IMG/VR virus record: IMGVR_UViG_3300028888_000043
Coordinates: 137,756-201,755 of that record
Reading direction: 5' to 3' (one strand)
DNA from: a virus
Taxonomy: Duplodnaviria > Heunggongvirae > Uroviricota > Caudoviricetes
Length of the DNA stretch: 64,000 bases
The position numbers and the translations under genes were made by a program. Every line of letters begins with the position of its first letter. Within the stretch, counting starts at the first letter, position 1. Shown one piece after another: positions 10,768 through 18,994 of the stretch. The notes beneath the pieces are model-generated. The model searched no databases. It saw only the letters and a program-made list of their open reading frames with translations, and was not told where the DNA came from.

Positions 10768-10809
10768 AATATTGTTATTGTTTTTATATTCTATATATGT
10801 ATTTATGAC

Positions 10810-10838
10810 AAAGGGCTACCCATATGAGTAGTCCTTTT
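10810..10838. terminator. hairpin downstream of the 1249-aa fibre gene
   Basis: AAAGGGCTAC-ccatatga-GTAGTCCTTTT. Confidence 0.5.
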
Positions 10839-10857
10839 ATCATTTTGAAACATTTTA

Positions 10858-13800
10858 CTAAGATGTTTTGTCAATGGTTACAACACCTGTCGGATTATCT
10901 GAATATGTTGCATCTGCTGTCACATCCAGTGTCGCCCCGGATGAATAGGTTGCAGTTGTAACAAATGTGGTTGAACCATTATAACTTATGGTTGTAGATG
11001 CAACATTAAGTGCAAGAGATTCAACTGCATTGGCATTCTGCTTACCTTCCGATGCATAAGCGGCTGTTGATGATTTTCCATTCACAGTAGCAGTCACCAA
11101 GACTGCATTATAGAAATTCCTGGCACTGTCTGCAACTGTACCTCTTGAAGCAACATTTATCTTTCCAGTTGTGGCGAAATTGGTACCATTGGCTATAAAG
11201 GTATAACCATTTGCATTTCTTGTAAATGCCCAGGTTGTACTTGATGTCACTGTTTCTGTTCCACCAGAACCTGAAACACCATTCCAAGTATATGGTTGTG
11301 TACAAGTCAATGTAGATGGTGCCAAATCAACAGCGCCGGAAGCAGGGACCGATGTGGAATACTTGAATGTGACAGATGGAGTACCATAAACTTTCGCACC
11401 GGCAGACTGCAAGCAGGCAGTACAAGTATAGGCACTTGATGTGAGACTTCCAATGGTAACTGTCACTTTAAGATTACTCTTAGCATTCCTTGATGATGTA
11501 GTTGTGTTATTTGCCCAGGTAATATTACCAGTTGTTGCAAAATTGGTTCCAGTACTGAATCCGGAAGGTAATGTTCCAGTAGTTGAGAATGCCAATGTTC
11601 CACCAGTATTTGAAACAACTGTACCAGAACCAGCAACTCCATTCCAAGCATTCTGTTCCTGCTGATATGATACAGTAGGGGCACTGTTTGTCACACCAGT
11701 AGCACCAGCATTACTGTATGAATATCCAGTTATGACAGGATTCAGATTACCCTGTGAACCGGCAGGCTGGTCAAAATATTGATATCTTACTGTTGATTTA
11801 CTGTTCTTTGATGCAGTAATCTTAACTCTAAATCCATTCCTTGCAGATGTGGATGTATTGTTTGTAACAGTCACCTGATTTGATGAAAGTGAATAACCTG
11901 TCTTTGATGTGGCAACTGCATATGAGAAATCTGAACTTGACAATGTTACAGTTTGAAGTGTATATCCAGAAGCAAGTTTATAAATCTGTGTGGCAGCAGG
12001 TGTTATTGTATAAGTCTGGCCGGCAGCTGCCAAGGATACCCTTGAATTATTTGTCGGAGCAGAAAATACAGGGGCAGCCCACTCCGGGTCATTTGGTTCC
12101 TGATAACAGTTATCACAATAATATGCAGCTGATGTCTTACCATTCATAGAGACTTTTACATACAGGTGGTCTTCAGCATGCTTCTCAACACTTGTCTGTG
12201 TTGAACCCATATCTGCCCATGTACATCTACCTGTTGTTGAAAAATTACTCTCAAGACTGAATCCAGATGGAAGTGTACCTGTTGAATAAAAAGTAGGTGT
12301 TCCTCCTGATGTCAAAGTTGTTGTGGTTGAACCCGTATGTTTTACTTGGTAATATTCAACATAATCCGCTGCTCTTGTTTCTCCATAGGCATAAAACCAT
12401 GTATATTCATATCTTGTAACAACAGGTGTATCATAATATATTCCTACTTCCTGGTCAAATGTAACATTCTTTGTTCCACTCTTACCATTTGCAGTACAAG
12501 TTATCTTTACAACAAAATCACCCCTGACAGTTTCACCATCATTTGAAGTCACTGTTACTTTATTGGATGACAGTGAGAATCCAGTACAAGATGTAACCAC
12601 ACTATAACTATATGAACCGCCTGTTGTGATTGTTGATGAAGCACCATTATTCCAATATGCAGTCTGTGAAAAACTTGGAGACATTGTATAAGTCTGACCA
12701 CCACCATCAAGTCTGATAGGAGTGGTATGACTTACTATTGGATTACCATAACTTGAAATAGCATTGGAAGTAACAGATACATTGATGGTCACTTCTTTTG
12801 TTGTTCCAACATATGCATTTCCGGAAGAACCTCCAGATGGTGATGTTAATGTTACAATTACAGTATGTGATATATTACCAGCTACACCAGAAGGAACTGT
12901 CAAAGTTTTACCACTATTACTTAAAGTCCATTCTGATGTTGTTGCCGTAACAGTACCTCCAGAAGCACAACTGTATCCATTTGTTGAAACAGTGATAGCC
13001 TGTGAACTTTGAGTTGTTGTATGTGCAGAAGCACTACTTGAACAATATATAATAAATGTACTACCAGATACATAATTTATTGTATATGTAATATCATTCT
13101 CCCAATGAGCATAAAATGTTGTATTTGATGTATAATCAAATGAATGTACCCAAGAACCACTTGAATCTATATATTGAGTGCCACCAGAATATGCACTATA
13201 ATAACCCAAGAAAGTATATCCACTTCTTGAAGGTATTGATACTGTACCAGATGGTGTTGAATTTGGAGTTACACTCAATGATGATGTTCCTCCTGTACCT
13301 GACTGTTTGTTCAAGGTCAAGGTGACAGTAGTAACTGTCTCCTCAATAACCTCAAGGTCACCACTTGCAGTATTTGTACCTACACCACCGCTACCATCAG
13401 TATGTAAATAAATATACACTGTTCCATTTGATGAGGGAATATATGTATATGAACTACTTACATCATTACCTGAACAAGAAGCAAGTCTTCCAGAAAAAGA
13501 AGCATTTATATTTGTTACTGTTGAAGCAGCAACGGTATTTGTTGAAAGTACAATTCCATCATAGTTTGCCTCACTATATGTGTGCATATTAAATGTATAT
13601 TGTTTTCCGGAATATACACTCATAGTCACATATGAATGATTGGTTGTTGTGGATTTTGCAGTAAAAGCGTAATACTTGTTTCCATTATACTCATAACTTG
13701 TCCAAGTTCCCCAACCTTCACTGGCATGGTCATAAGTAAGACTGTAACTACCACTACTTGTACCTATCGCTGCCGCCCTTAAATTATATTCTGATGTACT

Positions 13801-14607
13801 CTGTGAAACATTATGTATTGCATATAGTTTACTTTGTGAACCATAAACATATGCACTTGTTCCCTGTGTTCCAGTGTCAAAATCATAAATACCTGTCAAT
13901 GTAGGAAATCCATATGTCCTTACATTTGAAACTGATGCAGTAATTGATGTGTTGGAATTGATAAGTCCAACACCAAGATTGGATGATGAATTTGCCCCAA
14001 GTTCAACAATTGTAACTCCTACACTACTATTACCACCAAGTAAAACATCATCCTTACAGTGTAAAGTTGATTCAGAATATAACTGATTGCTTGGTGAAGA
14101 TATTGTACCACTATATCTTCCACCATTTGATACATGTACCCAAATATCCTGATTATATGCATATTTTTCATCAATCTCAAACAAATATATAGTAACTGGT
14201 ACAGTATATCCAGAACCACTGGCTTGTGTATACATCTGGGCAGAATATGTATTACCAGAGTATTTCCAAGTGCAAGTCTGTGTTCCTATATATTCAGTAG
14301 GCGCTGACTTATGACTTGTACTATTATGTAACCAAACATTGGAATGATTACTATTTGCAAGTGATGTAAATTGACTTTTAGAAATATAACCACTATTTGA
14401 TGATGTAATTTCATACACCTCATAATAATGAGATGCAGTAGAACTTTCATCAAACAAACTGGCACATTGCTGATTTTTTCTTATCTGGGTATCGATAGTT
14501 GAATTATTCCTTGATAAATAATCGGCAGCATCTCCATTATATTCAAATGCTATTAATAGATTTGATGAACTCTCTATACCATAACCTTGTGCAAAATCCC
14601 AAGCCAT
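10858..14607 (-). CDS. Ig-like/Listeria-Bacteroides-repeat fibre or receptor-binding protein (1249 aa), paralog of 6631..10344
   Basis: Shares SEANYDGI, IPSRSGYTFLGYY...FYAHW, LAAAGQTYTI and WNGVAGSG...TTGTLPSGFS modules and the C-terminal half-Ig. CATAAATA at 14631-14638. Confidence 0.8.
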   Translation of the reverse strand: MAWDFAQGYGIESSSNLLIAFEYNGDAADYLSRNNSTIDTQIRKNQQCASLFDESSTASHYYEVYEITSSNSGYISKSQFTSLANSNHSNVWLHNSTSHKSAPTEYIGTQTCTWKYSGNTYSAQMYTQASGSGYTVPVTIYLFEIDEKYAYNQDIWVHVSNGGRYSGTISSPSNQLYSESTLHCKDDVLLGGNSSVGVTIVELGANSSSNLGVGLINSNTSITASVSNVRTYGFPTLTGIYDFDTGTQGTSAYVYGSQSKLYAIHNVSQSTSEYNLRAAAIGTSSGSYSLTYDHASEGWGTWTSYEYNGNKYYAFTAKSTTTNHSYVTMSVYSGKQYTFNMHTYSEANYDGIVLSTNTVAASTVTNINASFSGRLASCSGNDVSSSYTYIPSSNGTVYIYLHTDGSGGVGTNTASGDLEVIEETVTTVTLTLNKQSGTGGTSSLSVTPNSTPSGTVSIPSRSGYTFLGYYSAYSGGTQYIDSSGSWVHSFDYTSNTTFYAHWENDITYTINYVSGSTFIIYCSSSASAHTTTQSSQAITVSTNGYSCASGGTVTATTSEWTLSNSGKTLTVPSGVAGNISHTVIVTLTSPSGGSSGNAYVGTTKEVTINVSVTSNAISSYGNPIVSHTTPIRLDGGGQTYTMSPSFSQTAYWNNGASSTITTGGSYSYSVVTSCTGFSLSSNKVTVTSNDGETVRGDFVVKITCTANGKSGTKNVTFDQEVGIYYDTPVVTRYEYTWFYAYGETRAADYVEYYQVKHTGSTTTTLTSGGTPTFYSTGTLPSGFSLESNFSTTGRCTWADMGSTQTSVEKHAEDHLYVKVSMNGKTSAAYYCDNCYQEPNDPEWAAPVFSAPTNNSRVSLAAAGQTYTITPAATQIYKLASGYTLQTVTLSSSDFSYAVATSKTGYSLSSNQVTVTNNTSTSARNGFRVKITASKNSKSTVRYQYFDQPAGSQGNLNPVITGYSYSNAGATGVTNSAPTVSYQQEQNAWNGVAGSGTVVSNTGGTLAFSTTGTLPSGFSTGTNFATTGNITWANNTTTSSRNAKSNLKVTVTIGSLTSSAYTCTACLQSAGAKVYGTPSVTFKYSTSVPASGAVDLAPSTLTCTQPYTWNGVSGSGGTETVTSSTTWAFTRNANGYTFIANGTNFATTGKINVASRGTVADSARNFYNAVLVTATVNGKSSTAAYASEGKQNANAVESLALNVASTTISYNGSTTFVTTATYSSGATLDVTADATYSDNPTGVVTIDKTS

Positions 14608-14651
14608 TAATACATTAATTTATTATAATTTATTTATGGTAAAGGAATTGT

Positions 14652-14663
14652 TTGTTATTTTTA
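14652..14663 (+). promoter_or_regulatory. extended -10-type promoter TTGTTAT(A/T)TTTA (representative of ~10 copies)
   Basis: TG-T-TATTTT followed 6 nt later by the GroES ATG; the same motif precedes many non-virion genes. Confidence 0.65.
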
Positions 14664-14667
14664 TAGT

Positions 14668-14940
14668 ATGAATAATATACCCATTGAAATGAAGAATGGT
14701 TACATTCTTATCCAAGATATTAAGAATGAAACCATTACAGATGCAGGTCTGTACATACCTGATGAACAATACAACAGGTTTGCCAAGGTTCTGAAAACCT
14801 ATGACGGATCTAACCTAAAAGTGGGTGACATAGTTGTCAAACCCATAGGAAGATCAACCCCAATCAAGATTGACGGGGTGAAGTATGACTGCATAAAAGA
14901 ATCATTCATATTTGCAAAGATTGTAAATGATGAAAGTTAA
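14668..14940 (+). CDS. groES: GroES/Cpn10-like co-chaperonin
   Basis: ILIQ...ETITDAGLYIPD mobile loop, LKVGDIV, IKIDGVKY; 90 aa. Confidence 0.75.
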   Translation: MNNIPIEMKNGYILIQDIKNETITDAGLYIPDEQYNRFAKVLKTYDGSNLKVGDIVVKPIGRSTPIKIDGVKYDCIKESFIFAKIVNDES

Positions 14941-15190
14941 TTTCACAAAAGAAGATGTACAGTCATTCAGGGACATCATCAAGGAATACCAGGATGTCTC
15001 CGATGAACTGTCTTCATACCAGAAGAAAGCGGAAGACATACAAACCAAAATCATCAGCCTGGAAAAGAACCTGAAATCAATCAAGAACAAAGAAAACAAA
15101 CTGATGGAAGGTCTTCACAAGAAATATGGAGAGTTCGGTCTTCAAGACATTTATGAAAGTCTTCTTATGGATAACATCAAACAGCGATGA
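14927..15190 (+). CDS. hypothetical coiled-coil protein
   Basis: 87-aa ORF overlapping both neighbours; heptad-like pattern. Confidence 0.65.
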   Translation: MMKVNFTKEDVQSFRDIIKEYQDVSDELSSYQKKAEDIQTKIISLEKNLKSIKNKENKLMEGLHKKYGEFGLQDIYESLLMDNIKQR

Positions 15191-16311
15191 AAGAATCTGA
15201 AAACAATGTACTTGATGTCATCAAAGGTAAACTCCAGGTAATCCTGAACAGGTCATTCAAGGAATCTTACAGAAGGAAACTTGACATATACTCCGACAGG
15301 ATTAACATCTGCTGCCCTATCTGCGGTGACAGTGCGACAGACATAAGGAAGAAGAGGGGGAATCTATATCTCGATTCCCTCTCATATCATTGTTATAACT
15401 GCGGCGCCCATATGGGTATCAACTCTTTCCTTCACAGATTTGATGAAGACCTTTCCAGCGAGGACAAGATTGTAGTCCATGAAATCCAGCAGAACTCAAA
15501 GAAGTTTGAAAAGAAAGTGTCATCATCACAGGGGTCAATGTCAATGATTCTCCTTGACAAACTGGCAATTCCGAAGGACATCCTCTTCAAACAACTTGGG
15601 ATAACATCCCCATACAGAGATCAAACTGCAACCAAGTATCTCAAATCAAGGATGATAGACATCAAGGACTGGAAGTATTTTGGATACAATCCACTCTCCG
15701 CTGAACTCTACATACTGAACATATCTCCATCCAACAGGGTGATAGGTTATCAGATAAGACAGCTGGACCCCAACTCGGTGAAGAACAGGTATATGTCAAG
15801 GAGACTTACCAAGATTTATTCTGAAGTGTTTAACAAGAACATATCCTCCATTGTAGAGAGACTTCTTCTCCAAATGCCAAATGGAGACAAGTACATCACC
15901 GAGGAGGATGGTATAGAGAACATAGTGGCAAACCTGGACCGCCTGTCAGGTATCTTCAACATTATGAACATCAATATGGGAAGACCTCTCACCATTATGG
16001 AGGGTCCTATTGATTCACTTGCAGTTGACAACTCAATTGCCTTGCAGGGGGCATCCAAGCAGTTAGATGGGTTCTTTGACAATGTGGAGAATGTAAGATA
16101 CCTGTTCGACAATGACAAGACTGGAAAGGAGATGTCCTTGAAGAAACTGAAATCACACAAGACTGTGTTCCTATGGACACAATATATAGATATGATTCAC
16201 ACAAAGGAGAAGATAAAGGATGTGAATGACTTACAGAAGATGAACCTTTTCAACCAGGAGATACTGGAGAAATGCTTCTCTGATGATGAATTTGATGCAA
16301 TGTACATTTAA
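15187..16311 (+). CDS. DNA primase, T4 gp61-like
   Basis: Zn finger CPICGDS...YHCYNCG; TOPRIM motifs EGPIDS and FDND; KDVND. Confidence 0.9.
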   Translation: MKESENNVLDVIKGKLQVILNRSFKESYRRKLDIYSDRINICCPICGDSATDIRKKRGNLYLDSLSYHCYNCGAHMGINSFLHRFDEDLSSEDKIVVHEIQQNSKKFEKKVSSSQGSMSMILLDKLAIPKDILFKQLGITSPYRDQTATKYLKSRMIDIKDWKYFGYNPLSAELYILNISPSNRVIGYQIRQLDPNSVKNRYMSRRLTKIYSEVFNKNISSIVERLLLQMPNGDKYITEEDGIENIVANLDRLSGIFNIMNINMGRPLTIMEGPIDSLAVDNSIALQGASKQLDGFFDNVENVRYLFDNDKTGKEMSLKKLKSHKTVFLWTQYIDMIHTKEKIKDVNDLQKMNLFNQEILEKCFSDDEFDAMYI

Positions 16312-16322
16312 CAGTTTATATT

Positions 16323-16736
16323 ATGACAAGGGAAGAATACCTCAAACAAAGCAGAGAAAAGCAGATGATGATTCTGCAACTCAAACGGGAACTGACTGAG
16401 ATGAGAAAATCATACATTAATGAACACAAGCAGATTGAAGAAGAACTGCCTGTCAAAATCCATTACATCCATACAGAGAAAGATTTATATGTGGAGGAAG
16501 GTGATGCATACATCACATCATTCAAGGTGATGGATTATACTTATTATGAATCATTTAGTAACTATGGTACTGACGGATTCCTTCCTGATCACGGGATAGT
16601 GTATCCTGTTCTCACAAAAGCAAAGAAGGATGGAGGACAGAGTAAGTTTGAATTTCATTACCCAAAATATGGGACATTGAAATTCTGGGTAATAGGAAAG
16701 GAAGATAAAATCTATGAATTAGATTTTGGTAGATAA
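16323..16736 (+). CDS. hypothetical protein
   Basis: 137-aa ORF in the operon, followed by a terminator. Confidence 0.7.
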   Translation: MTREEYLKQSREKQMMILQLKRELTEMRKSYINEHKQIEEELPVKIHYIHTEKDLYVEEGDAYITSFKVMDYTYYESFSNYGTDGFLPDHGIVYPVLTKAKKDGGQSKFEFHYPKYGTLKFWVIGKEDKIYELDFGR

Positions 16737-16766
16737 AAAAGAGAGAACTTGACGTTCTCTCTTTTT
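16736..16766. terminator. bidirectional intrinsic terminator
   Basis: AAAAAGAGAGAAC-ttgac-GTTCTCTCTTTTT between convergent genes. Confidence 0.85.
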
Positions 16767-16769
16767 GTT

Positions 16770-18962
16770 TTATTCTTTCTCTTCCTCATCACCTCCAAGG
16801 TCAAGGTCATCATAGTATTTAATCTTGTCTCCATCAAGTCTCCAAGGGAAGTACTCTCTCATAATACCCTTGATGATTTCAAGACTACCTTTAGGCCAAG
16901 GATATGAATCCTCTGGAAGATTCTCATAATAATTGATGTCATCCTCAATGTCCCTTGTAGGATAGGCTGCTTCAAGAGTCTGGAATGCCTTGATATACTT
17001 GGAGAGTCTATTCTCACCCTTATCCTTGAACACATTCTTGACCAATTCTTCCATAAAGTTCTGAATGGCAACCATATCACCCTTGTAGTTGATACCCAAC
17101 CAGGCAATGATGTTTGCAAGTTCATCATCTGAACAATTTTCTGGATGTTCCTTGAACCTTTCCTCAAATTCTTTGAGGAGATTCTGTACAAGGATACCAG
17201 CCTGTGCAGAGTCATTGATGAATTTCTTTGGAAGATACACTGATTTCGGATCCTTCATAATGGCATCCAGGTCAACCTTATTCATATGGTCTCTCAACCA
17301 GGTTGTGATTTCAGCGACGAAATCAACATCAAAGATACCTCCAATACATTCCTCAATCTGGTCTGTTGTCATCTCGGAAATGTCATCCAGGTCATTGTCC
17401 AACTCAAAGTTGTTGATTGCATTGAAAGCAGCCTCCCAGGTACGGGGGAAGATTGGTTTCACCTGCTTTGAATCACCGGAACCTCTTCTGACGGCACTGT
17501 GCCATCTCGGATACTCATCACCTGACATAGAATCCTTCTCAAAGATAAAGTCAAGGAGAAGTTCATCAACACCCTTTGTCCTAATCCAGTTTCTCCACAT
17601 TTCAGGGTTAGGTACCAACTGATACATCCTTTCCTGACGGTCTTTGGATGCTGGAGAGTCATTCCAGTCTTTCCAAACCCTACCTACTTCACCATCATCA
17701 CAAGGTCTGTTACTACAAGCAACAATGACCCACTTTGAACCGAGCTTCCAGTCTTGGAGTCTTCTTTCAAGGAAGAAGTTCATCAACTGACTGAACACGC
17801 TTGCATTTGCCCTGAGGAACTCATCAAAGAGAATGATACCACCATTACCTGTCTTGTGGGTATATCCTTCCTTGTCCTCATAGACACCGCCATTGGCATA
17901 GGTGTCAAGCATAATGTCAATCTTCTTATCACCGGTAGGTTTATATGAAGGAAGCCAGGACTTTGGTGCATCACTTGACTTGAACTGTCCACTGGCAGAA
18001 ATGGTCTGTGCAATGTCGGCAGCCTGCTCATCATCAATACCTTCAAGATATTCAGCAGACTGTGGGAATGCCTTCGAGAACTTCTTGATAGAACTCATAA
18101 TGTCATTCTCCTTTGGCATTGTAGGCATCATAAAGTCACCCTCTGAAATAAGTGAACAGTTGATGGAGATGAGTGTAATCTGCTTTGAAGGGTCATCACC
18201 AGCAGCCTCATTGTACCTGTCAATCACCTGATTAGGGATTGTTGACTTACCAATACCAGGGGCACCGAACACAAGGACATTTCTTGAAGGTCTTCCAACT
18301 TTACCATCTGCCCTTACAATAGTCTTACCACCATTGGTGATTCTCTCATCAATCATCTTTGTGAGAATCCTGTCAAACTCCTTTGTGTTGATTTCCCTCA
18401 AACCGGAAAGTTCACCCTTGTCAACATAACCAACCCTGGACTTAACAATACCATCCCAGCTCTCATCAAGTAACTGGTCAGGGTCAAACATATCCTCGAA
18501 TATCTCCTGTGCTTCTTCATCAGTGCAGTTGTAATGTTCCTTGATGATACCTGGCATAGATATAAGGTTCTTATACTCCTGACTGTCCTTGTATTTCTCT
18601 TCCTTCATCCACCTGGAAAACTCCTTACCATCAGGACCATAGTTGTAAATACCTTCATCATCGATATGAGCGGCAGTTGATTCACAACCATTACCACCGG
18701 CGGCAACAACAGAATCACTCATAGCGGAAGGTGCATACACCTTCACACCATTTGAATCAGAGAACTTGTCAATGACAGCCTGCGGAGAAACGACAGGGAA
18801 CACATTACCATCACTGTCAAAGATGGCGATGAAGTTCCTGATTTTCTTCATACCAATCTTGAACATTGATTTCAATTTGTCCCAACCTTTCCTTAAAGTA
18901 TCTTTAATGAAACCCTCTTCAACACTCTGAAGATATTCATTACGACTCATTAAATTTTTCAT
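16770..18962 (-). CDS. MoxR-like AAA+ ATPase
   Basis: Walker A GAPGIGKS, Walker B ILFDEF, ACSN sensor, PRTWE; adjacent VWA gene; CATAAATA at 18985-18992. Confidence 0.85.
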   Translation of the reverse strand: MKNLMSRNEYLQSVEEGFIKDTLRKGWDKLKSMFKIGMKKIRNFIAIFDSDGNVFPVVSPQAVIDKFSDSNGVKVYAPSAMSDSVVAAGGNGCESTAAHIDDEGIYNYGPDGKEFSRWMKEEKYKDSQEYKNLISMPGIIKEHYNCTDEEAQEIFEDMFDPDQLLDESWDGIVKSRVGYVDKGELSGLREINTKEFDRILTKMIDERITNGGKTIVRADGKVGRPSRNVLVFGAPGIGKSTIPNQVIDRYNEAAGDDPSKQITLISINCSLISEGDFMMPTMPKENDIMSSIKKFSKAFPQSAEYLEGIDDEQAADIAQTISASGQFKSSDAPKSWLPSYKPTGDKKIDIMLDTYANGGVYEDKEGYTHKTGNGGIILFDEFLRANASVFSQLMNFFLERRLQDWKLGSKWVIVACSNRPCDDGEVGRVWKDWNDSPASKDRQERMYQLVPNPEMWRNWIRTKGVDELLLDFIFEKDSMSGDEYPRWHSAVRRGSGDSKQVKPIFPRTWEAAFNAINNFELDNDLDDISEMTTDQIEECIGGIFDVDFVAEITTWLRDHMNKVDLDAIMKDPKSVYLPKKFINDSAQAGILVQNLLKEFEERFKEHPENCSDDELANIIAWLGINYKGDMVAIQNFMEELVKNVFKDKGENRLSKYIKAFQTLEAAYPTRDIEDDINYYENLPEDSYPWPKGSLEIIKGIMREYFPWRLDGDKIKYYDDLDLGGDEEEKE

Positions 18963-18994
18963 ATTCTCTTTACTTTAATATAGTTATTTATGGT

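Noticed and set aside
921-14219. Many 60-110-aa ORFs overlapping the fibre genes on either strand
   Set aside because: These are shadow frames of repetitive Thr/Ser/Ala codons; they recur with the 840-bp period and lack their own signals.
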